From Planctomycetota bacterium (lineage in GTDB: Bacteria; Planctomycetota; B15-G4; SIAN01), in contig JANNXA010000009.1 in the NCBI GenBank assembly GCA_031409275.1, forward strand, positions 1 to 64,000: a stretch of 64,000 bases of DNA, written 5' to 3'. Below, one piece after another: positions 45,326 through 53,863 of the stretch. Below the pieces are notes generated by a model, which saw nothing but the letters and a program-made list of their open reading frames with translations, ran no database searches and was not told where the DNA came from. The position numbers and the translations under genes are program-made. The stretch's first letter is position 1; each line of letters opens with the position of its first letter.

Positions 45326-47193
45326 ATTCCGCCCGTTTGTCCGAGTTTGCCGGTGCGGGTGCGGGTGCCGGTGATGCCGCGGCGAGTGGCGTCGATCTTC
45401 GTCGGATCGATGCGTTCGATCTGTCGATCTTCGGTGCCCTTCTTCAGGTCGGTCGCGCCCCAGTTGAAGCGCGCCTGCGTCGTCCAGTCCCGCACCTCAT
45501 CGAACGTCGCCAACCCCGAAAGCGCCGTCACGCCAGCATCGGGAACGCCGGCACCGGCGCCGGTGTTGTGGCTGGTGTTGAAGCGCACCGTTTCGAGGAC
45601 GTTCAGCATCTCCTCGTTCGGGAATCCTGGCGGCGGATCGTTGAGCGCGCCCTGGTCGTAGACCGAGGCGCCCGCCTTGAAGCCGTGGGTCACGGTGCCG
45701 GCGGCATCGATCAGCGTCGCGACCGGCCGCTTGAGGCACATGACGCTGCCGAAGCGTCGAATGGAGTTCTTCACCGACGCGCTACCGCTGAGCGAGGGCG
45801 TGCCTGTCGCGCTCAGCACGATGCCGTCCATGGCGATGGTGCCAGTGGCGGAGATCAGGTTGGCGTTGATCTCGAGGCTGGTCGGAGCGCTGCGCGAGTA
45901 GACGACGTCACCCTTGGCGATGATCCCCAACGCATGGTTTCGATTGAACGCCGGGTTGGACACATACTCGCCGGTCGCCACCGTGCCGTTCAGGTAGGCG
46001 TAGTCGTTCTGCGCGTCGATGTAGCGGAGGTTGCCGGTGATCGTCGCCTTCGATTCGGTGACCAGCGTGACTTTGCCGTTCACGTCGCCACCGATCTTTC
46101 GCACGTCACCGGGGAAGTAGAAGATCCCCGACATCGGGTAGCTCTTCGTCGACAGCAGCGCACCGGCAACGGTCTGGTTCTGGTTCACCCAGTAGGTCTC
46201 GGTGCCCATGATCGGCACGAGCTCCTGGACCTGGTAGGTGCCGTTGGCGATCTTCACGTTGGTCCAGACCATCTCGTAGTAGGTCTCGGACTTCCAGTAG
46301 CCGGTCGATCCACCTCCGCCGAGGTCGGTGCCACCGCCCGAGGTCGTGCTGGTCGTGTCGACCCACACATTGCGGGTCTTCTTCGTGTTCACCCACTGCC
46401 ACTCGTAGCGGTAGTTCGTCTTGGTGACCCACTGGAGCTGGGTGCCGATCTGCACCGACCGCGTCTTCTGCACGGCCACGACCTGGACCGAATCCTTCGC
46501 GTAGAGCTTCACCTGCAACGTCGTCTTGTTGAGCGCAACCTCGGCGACGAGGTTGGCAGGCGCCACGTAGGTCGCCTTCGCCTTGATGCCGGGGAAGCTG
46601 ATCTTGGAGAGCAGGTTCTTCGACGCCGCGGCGGGATCGGCACCGCGCAGGAACGTCGTGTTCGCCGCAGTGGCGCCGTTCTTGTAGACGAAGCCTTCGC
46701 TTGCGCCGAGCTCGCCGTCGTAGGAACCGCCGGCGAAGTAGAACTCGAGGGTCTTGTTGGTGAAGATCCGCCCCTTGGGCTTGCCCGAGATGCCGAGATT
46801 GTGAGCTTCGACGTAGTAGTTGTAGGCCGTGTAGGACATGCCATCTCGGATCAGGCAGTTGGCCGCGCCCATCGCCGTGCCGAAGTCGTTCGTCGAACTC
46901 AGGCGGTACCAACGCGCCGGGCCCGCCACCTCGACCGCCACCGGCGTCCCCGCGATCAGCGGCGGATCACTCGCGATCGCCGCGAGGATCGCGTCATTGC
47001 GACCGTCGGTGTAGCTCGAGTTGAGGATGACGTTCTTCGCGAGCTCGATCTCCCCGATCGAGCGCCACGCCGCTCGTTCGGCGGCGGCTTCCTTCATCAC
47101 CTGGTTCTGCTCGACCACGGCGCGGCCGAGGAACGTCGTCATCGTCGCGCCGACGCCGGCAACCACGACCAGGCAGATCGGCATCGCGGTCAT
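45322..47193 (-). CDS. Large PilX/GspK-like pilus-associated protein
   Basis: N-terminal hydrophobic helix then AERAAWRSIGEIELAK; beta-rich body (GDVNGKVTLV, ITGNLRY, ALGIIAKGDV, YD..ALNDPPPGFP). ATGA coupling at 47190-47193. Confidence 0.7.
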   Translation of the reverse strand: MTAMPICLVVVAGVGATMTTFLGRAVVEQNQVMKEAAAERAAWRSIGEIELAKNVILNSSYTDGRNDAILAAIASDPPLIAGTPVAVEVAGPARWYRLSSTNDFGTAMGAANCLIRDGMSYTAYNYYVEAHNLGISGKPKGRIFTNKTLEFYFAGGSYDGELGASEGFVYKNGATAANTTFLRGADPAAASKNLLSKISFPGIKAKATYVAPANLVAEVALNKTTLQVKLYAKDSVQVVAVQKTRSVQIGTQLQWVTKTNYRYEWQWVNTKKTRNVWVDTTSTTSGGGTDLGGGGSTGYWKSETYYEMVWTNVKIANGTYQVQELVPIMGTETYWVNQNQTVAGALLSTKSYPMSGIFYFPGDVRKIGGDVNGKVTLVTESKATITGNLRYIDAQNDYAYLNGTVATGEYVSNPAFNRNHALGIIAKGDVVYSRSAPTSLEINANLISATGTIAMDGIVLSATGTPSLSGSASVKNSIRRFGSVMCLKRPVATLIDAAGTVTHGFKAGASVYDQGALNDPPPGFPNEEMLNVLETVRFNTSHNTGAGAGVPDAGVTALSGLATFDEVRDWTTQARFNWGATDLKKGTEDRQIERIDPTKIDATRRGITGTRTRTGKLGQTGGM

Positions 47194-47717
47194 TGCGAAC
47201 TCCAGGGCGCGGAACGCAGTGATTCGAGGATCAAGGTGCCATCCCACAGGATGTTGATGCGCAGCAGGTCGGCTCGCCCCTCGCGCGCGTCGCTCTCGTC
47301 GCCGTCGCCATTCAGGTCAGCGTCGACTCGCACCTCGAACCGCCCGCCCCAAGGGAAGTCATCGATCTCGAACTGGTAGCCGGTGGCGCCAGCCGCCGTC
47401 CGCAACCCGCCGAGGGTCGCTGTCCCGAGGTCGCTGTCAGCATCGAACAGCTCGGTGAGCTGCGCGTTGCTGGCGGCGCTCGGCGTCGACGTGCCGTAAC
47501 TGATCCGGAACAGGCGATCGAGCAGCTCGCCGGCGACGATGGTCAACTGCGCGCGCCGCTCCATCTCGCGCTTGCTGGCGTGGCCGGCTCGCATGCCGAC
47601 GCCGATGGTGGTGAGCACCGTGCACATCATCGAAGAGACGAGCATCACTTCGAGCAGCGAGAAGCCGCGCTGGCGGCGCCGTGCGACTCGATGCGGGCGG
47701 CTTGCGACGGCGCTCAT
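47190..47717 (-). CDS. Type IV minor pilin (PilV/GspI-like)
   Basis: RQRG|FSLLEVML class III signal; DLNGDGDE Ca-type loop; ATGA coupling at both ends. Confidence 0.88.
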   Translation of the reverse strand: MSAVASRPHRVARRRQRGFSLLEVMLVSSMMCTVLTTIGVGMRAGHASKREMERRAQLTIVAGELLDRLFRISYGTSTPSAASNAQLTELFDADSDLGTATLGGLRTAAGATGYQFEIDDFPWGGRFEVRVDADLNGDGDESDAREGRADLLRINILWDGTLILESLRSAPWSSQ

Positions 47718-48058
47718 CGGATCACCGCCACATCGAGGCCGGTGAAGTTCTTGGCCAACGGACCGGCGTCTTCCACCGCAGCGTCGCCGTCGGCGCTGCT
47801 CGCGTCGCCCTCGGTGTCCTCGAGATCCCACGAGGCGGCGGAAAGGCGCCACTTCGAGTCGAGCCGGAAGGTCGACGCCGCCTTCTCGGCCGCCGTGTCG
47901 TCGAGCGTCGCGTGCGGACGCCTCGGAGTGGCGCCAACTGCGGCCTCCGCCTGATCGGCCGAGCGCGTGAGACTCATGCCGACGATGGTGAGCGCTGCTG
48001 CCGCGAGCATGCATGGCAACGCGCGTCGATTGGAGAAGAGTCGGCGGTAGTCGATCAC
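47714..48058 (-). CDS. Small membrane-anchored hypothetical protein, first gene of the pilin operon
   Basis: GGAGG RBS, one TM segment, stop overlaps the next ATG. Confidence 0.6.
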   Translation of the reverse strand: MIDYRRLFSNRRALPCMLAAAALTIVGMSLTRSADQAEAAVGATPRRPHATLDDTAAEKAASTFRLDSKWRLSAASWDLEDTEGDASSADGDAAVEDAGPLAKNFTGLDVAVIR

Positions 48059-48188
48059 TGCTTGCCTCCGTAGGGCTGCGCAAGGAATCGACCGATGTGG
48101 GCGCGCGAGTTCACCCCATGACGACGAAAGCGATCGGAAAACGACTCCGGCCGGATCGCAGCCGAACGCTCTGAAGGAGGGTGGAGCT

Positions 48189-48243
48189 CGGTCCGCGCCG
48201 GATCCGCGCTGGATCCGCGCTGGATCAGCGCCGGATCAGCGTC
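48189..48243. repeat. Five tandem copies of an 11-bp unit, consensus GGATC(C/A)GCGCY
   Basis: CGGTCCGCGCC GGATCCGCGCT GGATCCGCGCT GGATCAGCGCC GGATCAGCGTC; the last unit contains the ligase stop codon. Confidence 0.85.
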
Positions 48244-49606
48244 CGGTGGCGAAGGCGGGCGCCGGCGCGGGGCCGGGCAGTGCAGCCGGAGACGGACGCG
48301 CCCCGAACACGGGCGGCGGGATCTGCGGCAGCGCCTCCATCTGCTCGAACTCCTTCAGCGCGATGAATCGCAGCGCCGTGGTCAGCGTGACCAGGTGGTA
48401 CATCAGGTCGAAGTGGGCGCGGCTCAGGAAGATCGCGCCGAACATGAACGCCAACAGGCTGATCTCGAGCATGTTCGTGAACCTGACGATCCACTGCGCC
48501 TGGGGCCCGCGCCGCATCGCCTCCCGGCGCGTCTTGCGCAGCATCCAGAGCGTCGAGATGAGCATCCCGAGGAAGCAGATCAGCGCCAAGGTGCCGAGTT
48601 CCGCCCACACCTGGATGTAGGTGTTGTGGGCTACGCGGACCGTCTTCACGCCGGTGCGAAGGCGGACCTGGATCGGGTCGTAGCGACGGAAGTTCGACAG
48701 GAACCCCTCGAATCCGACGCCGAAGAAGGGGTTGGCGGCCGCCATCCTGAGCCCAACGTTCCACGCATAGAGGCGCCCGGCCGCCGAGCCGTCCTCCTCC
48801 GGGTTCTGCAGCGTCGCCAGGCGCTCCTTCGCGTCCTCCGGCAGGATCGCCGGGACCAGCAGCAGCGCGAACCCCGCGATGAACCACGGCAGCAGGCTCT
48901 TCTTCATCTTGTTGAAGATCAGCAGGCAGACGAGGCAAGCCGTGAGGAAGCCGCCGCGCGAGAGCGTGCACACCACCGCCACGCAGGTCAGCGCGAACGC
49001 CACGACGCACAGCCGTTTGAGCCACCGTTTCGTCGCGCTGCGGCCCAGGAAGAAGAGGAACGGCAGGTTCATCGCCATGCCGAGGCAGAGGTCATTGTTG
49101 TCCAACATCATCCCGCCGGGCCCCTGCAGGATGCGCCCGCCACGCAGGAGCCCGTGCAGTCCGTACTTGATGCCGAAGACGCCCAGCGACAGGCCGATGG
49201 TCCAGGCGATCTTCTCGAAGCGGTCGCGGTTGTCGACCATGCCGACGGTGAAGAAGGTGACCAGGAAGACCTTGCAGAGGTCGAACCACTTGGTGACCTG
49301 GTTGTCGTTGGGATCACGCCGCGCAATCAGCAGTGAGATCGAGAGGCAGACGAACAGGCCGGCCATGAAGCGCGTCGGCGTGGCGAACTTGGTGAACTTC
49401 CGGTGCTCGTGGAAGAACCAGCCTGAGTACATCAGGATCGCGCAATAGAGCGAGTAGCGGATCGGCTTGGCGAACCCCCAGCAGAAGTCCTGCGGCCGCA
49501 TGTAGGCCAGCCACGTGAAAAGCAGCAGGCCGAAGAACGGCTTGGTGAACGCCCGCGGAAGCATGGCGAACACGGCGATGAAGACGATGACGTCGCGATA
49601 GCTCAA
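48236..49606 (-). CDS. O-antigen-ligase-like (Wzy_C) protein, putative O-glycosylation ligase
   Basis: Polytopic; TWLAYMRPQ, DNNDL, TLSRGGFL, SAAGRLYAW, NPFFGVG, AHNTYIQVWAELG. Confidence 0.88.
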   Translation of the reverse strand: MSYRDVIVFIAVFAMLPRAFTKPFFGLLLFTWLAYMRPQDFCWGFAKPIRYSLYCAILMYSGWFFHEHRKFTKFATPTRFMAGLFVCLSISLLIARRDPNDNQVTKWFDLCKVFLVTFFTVGMVDNRDRFEKIAWTIGLSLGVFGIKYGLHGLLRGGRILQGPGGMMLDNNDLCLGMAMNLPFLFFLGRSATKRWLKRLCVVAFALTCVAVVCTLSRGGFLTACLVCLLIFNKMKKSLLPWFIAGFALLLVPAILPEDAKERLATLQNPEEDGSAAGRLYAWNVGLRMAAANPFFGVGFEGFLSNFRRYDPIQVRLRTGVKTVRVAHNTYIQVWAELGTLALICFLGMLISTLWMLRKTRREAMRRGPQAQWIVRFTNMLEISLLAFMFGAIFLSRAHFDLMYHLVTLTTALRFIALKEFEQMEALPQIPPPVFGARPSPAALPGPAPAPAFATGR

Positions 49607-49766
49607 GGCGGTGGCGGCCCCACGTCCGGCGAAGGCGGCACATCATGCGCGGAGGCCCGGCAGAGCCCAACGCCCACCGTCGACCGCGCCTCCCGCCGCA
49701 CGCTCATCGGCGAGCGGCTGGGCCGGGCTCATGGCGAGCACCCGCGCCACCCTATGATCCCGCCCC

Positions 49767-51338
49767 ATGCCTTCCGCCAAGTCGCCCTACCAGCGCCTGC
49801 CCACCCGTATCGATGGCCTCGACCTGCTGCTCGGCGGCGGTCTGCGCTGTCCCCAGCCAGGGTCGGTCTTCCTGGTGATCCTCGGTGGGCCGGGCACCGG
49901 CAAGACCCACCTCGCCCTCGAACTCGCCGTCCGCACCCTCGGTGCGGCCACGGAGCGCGGGACCTGCCACCTCTACTACAGCTTCGACCAGAGCCCCGCC
50001 GAGCTGCACGCCAAGCTGCGCGAGGACTTCGACTTCTACGGCCTGCAGTCGAGCTGGCGGCGCATCGTGGGGACGCTCGAGAGTCCCGAACACTCGGCGC
50101 AGATCCACGAGTTCGCGCCACCAGCGCCGGCGCCCGAACGCTTCCTCGCGCTGGCTTCGCTGCGCGAGTCGCCTGGCGACCTCGTCCGTGGCGGCAGCCG
50201 TCTCTTCGAACGGCTCGACCGCGACCTCGCCGCACTGTCGAGCGCCGCAGCGCCGGCCGGCAACCCGCTCGTTCCGCGCCTCGTGGCGATCGACAACATC
50301 TCGCTGAACGCGTTCGACGACGGCCCGCAAGCTCGCGGCGCGCTGCAGTCGATCCGCCAGCAGCTCGCCGCGCGCCACCTGCACGGCATCTTCGTGGTCG
50401 AGACGCCCGGCGGCACTTCCGACCGCGCCATCTTCACGGCCGCCGAGTACGCCGCCGACGTGATCATCGAGCTCGGCTACCACCAGGTCGGCGACCAATT
50501 CAAGGAACGCTCGATCGAGATCGCCAAGGCGCGCCACCAGTTCTACTACCGCGGTGCGCACCACTTCTCGATCGTCGGGCGCAACGAAGGGGTGCTGTTC
50601 GGCGGCCGCGGCGAGCGGCCGACCGGCATCCACGTCTATCCGTCCGTGCCCACCCTGCTGTCGCACCTCGACTACGAGCAGTCGAAGCTCGAGCGGCCGG
50701 CCGTTCCGCCCGCGATCCCGTTCGGCATCGCCGATCTGCACGTGCCGCACGGCTCGGTGAGCGGGCTGGTCGGGCCGCCTTCGCGCGCGACGACGGCGCA
50801 CTGGCTCGCGCTGCGTTTCCTGCTGGCCGGCCGCAAGAACGGCCTGCTGATCTCGCTGCGGGAGACGCGCGACGAACTGCAGGCGGTCGCGCGCGAGTGG
50901 TTCGGCGACGAAGCGGACCGGCTCGACTTCGTCTCCTTCGCGCCGGAGTACCTCTCCACCGGCAAGTTCATGAAGGACCTCTACGACGAGATCTGCGAGC
51001 TCGAACGCCGCGGCCGCGTGGTCGAACGCGCGGCGCTATGGGGTCTGGGCCAGCTGAAGATGGCCTTCCCGCTGCTGAACGAGTCGCGCATGTTCCTGCC
51101 GTGGCTCTCGGCGTTCCTGAAGCGGAAGGGCATCGCTTCGCTGCTCGTCGAGGCGACCCACCAGGTCCAGGCCGACGGCACGGTCAGCGGCGACTCGACG
51201 GTGCCGCTCACCGCCGACCACCTGCTGGCGCTGATCGAAACGCCCGAGCATCGCAGCGAGCTGAGACTGGTTCGTTCGCTGACGGCGCGCTCGGAGAAGC
51301 ACGGCCGCACGATTCCGCTGCCGACCGACGCACGCTGA
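49767..51338 (+). CDS. KaiC-like/RAD55 RecA-superfamily ATPase with two domains
   Basis: LPTRIDGLDLLLGGG, Walker A GGPGTGKT, Walker B LVAIDNI, EYAADVII.L, RSIEIAKAR..HHFSI..GIHVYP; second domain degenerate. Confidence 0.82.
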   Translation: MPSAKSPYQRLPTRIDGLDLLLGGGLRCPQPGSVFLVILGGPGTGKTHLALELAVRTLGAATERGTCHLYYSFDQSPAELHAKLREDFDFYGLQSSWRRIVGTLESPEHSAQIHEFAPPAPAPERFLALASLRESPGDLVRGGSRLFERLDRDLAALSSAAAPAGNPLVPRLVAIDNISLNAFDDGPQARGALQSIRQQLAARHLHGIFVVETPGGTSDRAIFTAAEYAADVIIELGYHQVGDQFKERSIEIAKARHQFYYRGAHHFSIVGRNEGVLFGGRGERPTGIHVYPSVPTLLSHLDYEQSKLERPAVPPAIPFGIADLHVPHGSVSGLVGPPSRATTAHWLALRFLLAGRKNGLLISLRETRDELQAVAREWFGDEADRLDFVSFAPEYLSTGKFMKDLYDEICELERRGRVVERAALWGLGQLKMAFPLLNESRMFLPWLSAFLKRKGIASLLVEATHQVQADGTVSGDSTVPLTADHLLALIETPEHRSELRLVRSLTARSEKHGRTIPLPTDAR

Positions 51339-51351
51339 GCCGGCGCCGGGC

Positions 51352-52872
51352 TCAGTCGTCGCGCGGGAGCCAGCGTGCGTGCCACTTGGTCGCTTGCTTG
51401 GGATCGATGAGGAAGACGCGCAGTCGATTCTGGTGGTAGTCGAGTCGCGGCCGCCAGAACTCGCGGACCATGGTCCCCTGCTCCCAGGCCCAACGCTCGA
51501 ACGAGCGGGTCGCGTCGTTCTTCTCCTCGAAGTCGGCTGGAATCACCACCCAGAGTCGCGCGCAGCCGGCCCACATCGCCGCGTACTGGCGCCAGTCGGT
51601 GGATCCGGACGGCGGCGGCGCTTCGAGCAGCTGCGAGTCAGGGAGACTCTCCGGCAAGTAGCGGCGCGCCAGCGCATGCGTTTCGGCGATGACGCCATCT
51701 CCTGGCTCGATCCGTTCGGAGACGAATCGCAACGCGCCGGCGAGGTCGTGCCGATTGCCATCGATCAGCTCGGAGGCGACGCCCGGCGCCCATGCCGCCA
51801 GCGCCAGCAACGGCACCGCGACTCGCGCTCCGCGCAGGGACGGTGCCAGTCGCGTCGAAACCTCGCCGATCAGCGCCGCCGCCGGAATCAGCGCCAACGG
51901 CACCACGGCAATCAGGTAGCGCTGCTCGACCGATTTGCCGAGCGCGGCGAGGAGCAGCATGAGCGCGGTCGGCAGCCCGGCGCCGATCACGACGTGCAGC
52001 GTCAGCTCGCGATCGCGACGCCACAACGTCGGCAAGCCGAGGACCCCGAGCGTCCCGATCACCGGCCCGACGTTCCAACCGATTCCCAGCAAGAGCCCGC
52101 CGAGCGACTCGACCGCGGCGTCTTCCGCCTGCAGCTTGAAGAGGATCGTGTCGCGGATCGTCGCGGGCCACAACAACGCCGGGACCGCCATCAGCACGGG
52201 CAGCGCCACCAACGGCACGAACGCGCGCCCGAGCGGTCGAATGCGCAGCAGCGCGAGCGAGACGGCGGCCGCCAGTTCGCCGCACAGCAACAGCCCCGCC
52301 GTTGGATGGGTGCCGATCGCCAGCGCGACCCACATCACGCCGAGCAGCGCGCCGCGAAAGCTCGCTTCGCGCTGCGATCGCATCAACTCGAAGGTCGCGA
52401 TGACGCAGAAGGCCAGCACCAGCGAATAGAAGCGCGCCGTCTGCGAGAAGTAGAAGAACCAGGGCGAGAAGGCGACCAGCGCGGCGAAGATGTGGCGCTC
52501 CTCGCGGCGCAGGAAGCCGCGCGAGCAACGGAACGCGGCGGCCGCGGCGAGGCTGCCCGCCAGCGCCGGCAGGAGGCGCAGCGCGAGCTGCAGCGCCTGC
52601 GGATCGGGGGCAGCGACGGCCAGGCCGGTGAGCTCGAGAATCGCCCGTTCGAGCGTGTAGAAGACCGGGAACGCCAGATCGGCCACTTGCATCCGCGGGC
52701 CGAACATGTCGAGCGCGTTCTCGAGGCTGTAGACCTCGTCACCCCACAGGCTGAAGCGACCGAGCGCGAGGAATCGCAGCGTGGCGGCCAGCGCGAACCA
52801 GACGAGCGCGGCGCGACCGTCCGCCCACGCTTTGGGGATCTCGACTTCGCGCTCATCGCTTTCGACACGCAT
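51352..52872 (-). CDS. GT-C fold membrane glycosyltransferase (GT39/ArnT-like)
   Basis: LRFLALG..SLWGDE, LRLLPAL.G, FSPWFFYFSQTARFYSL, QRYLI; many TMs. Confidence 0.82.
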   Translation of the reverse strand: MRVESDEREVEIPKAWADGRAALVWFALAATLRFLALGRFSLWGDEVYSLENALDMFGPRMQVADLAFPVFYTLERAILELTGLAVAAPDPQALQLALRLLPALAGSLAAAAAFRCSRGFLRREERHIFAALVAFSPWFFYFSQTARFYSLVLAFCVIATFELMRSQREASFRGALLGVMWVALAIGTHPTAGLLLCGELAAAVSLALLRIRPLGRAFVPLVALPVLMAVPALLWPATIRDTILFKLQAEDAAVESLGGLLLGIGWNVGPVIGTLGVLGLPTLWRRDRELTLHVVIGAGLPTALMLLLAALGKSVEQRYLIAVVPLALIPAAALIGEVSTRLAPSLRGARVAVPLLALAAWAPGVASELIDGNRHDLAGALRFVSERIEPGDGVIAETHALARRYLPESLPDSQLLEAPPPSGSTDWRQYAAMWAGCARLWVVIPADFEEKNDATRSFERWAWEQGTMVREFWRPRLDYHQNRLRVFLIDPKQATKWHARWLPRDD

Positions 52873-52894
52873 CGGCTGCTAGCGTAGCCCTCCC

Positions 52895-53863
52895 ATGAGC
52901 ACGCATCGATGGCTTGGAAGAGTCTGCCTCGTGTTGGCGAGCACGGCCGCGACGCTCGCCGCCGTCGATTGGCGCCTGCGCCGCGAGGTCGGCGCGTGCG
53001 GCACGACGCCGTTCATGACGGCGACGGTGAAGGGACTGCCCCATCAGCTCTTTCCTGGCCGCACGACCGTCTACAAAGGCGTCGAGGTCCGCATCAACTC
53101 GATCGGCCTGCGCGGCGACGAGTTGCCCGCCCCGGTCGCGGGCGTGCTGCGCGTCGCGCTGGTCGGCGACTCGGTCACGTTCGGCAACGGCTGCCCGGAA
53201 GCGGAGACGCTGGCCCATGCGCTCGCCAACGAATTGGCGAGCCGAGGCCAATCCACGCAGGTGATCAACTGCGGCATCCCGGCCTACAACGCCGACAACG
53301 TGGCCACCATGGTGCGCGAGCGCGTGGTCGCTCTCGCCCCGCAGCGCGTGATCTACGTCATGGTCGCGAACGACGTCTGCGACGCGCATCGTCGCACCGA
53401 GATCCCGGTCGACGCCACCATCGACGCCTTTGCCGACTTCCCTCTCGGTTCGCCGTTGCTGCAGCTGTTGAACGTGCAGGCCAGCGGCATCCTGCGCGCG
53501 GCCGGCCTGCAGCTCGACGGCTACGTCGAGTCGGTCCTGCGCCAGCACGAGCGCGTCGGTGTCGATCGACTGCGCCGTGCGCTGACCGAGATGCGCGACG
53601 CGTGCGCGACCGCCGGCATCGACTTCCGGGTCGCGATCTACCCGTTCATGACGCGCATCGACAAGAACCCGTTCCGCCCGATCGAGGACTCCTGCGCCAC
53701 GCTGTGCGGCGAACTGCGCGTCCCGTGCGTGCGTCTATCCGACGCGTTCGCGCCCGACACCAACCTCGGCACCTATTGGGTCGCGTTGCTCGACGCCCAC
53801 CCCAATGGCGCGGCGAATCGGACCGTCGCGAAGCTGCTGGCGGAGCGCTACTTCAAGCCGTGA
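52895..53863 (+). CDS. SGNH/GDSL hydrolase, membrane-anchored
   Basis: INSIGLRG, GDSVTFG, NCGIPAYN, AND, DAHPN. Confidence 0.88.
   Translation: MSTHRWLGRVCLVLASTAATLAAVDWRLRREVGACGTTPFMTATVKGLPHQLFPGRTTVYKGVEVRINSIGLRGDELPAPVAGVLRVALVGDSVTFGNGCPEAETLAHALANELASRGQSTQVINCGIPAYNADNVATMVRERVVALAPQRVIYVMVANDVCDAHRRTEIPVDATIDAFADFPLGSPLLQLLNVQASGILRAAGLQLDGYVESVLRQHERVGVDRLRRALTEMRDACATAGIDFRVAIYPFMTRIDKNPFRPIEDSCATLCGELRVPCVRLSDAFAPDTNLGTYWVALLDAHPNGAANRTVAKLLAERYFKP

Noticed and set aside
49767..51338. Circadian clock gene kaiC
   Set aside because: No kaiA/kaiB, no intact second P-loop, and the catalytic EE is absent.
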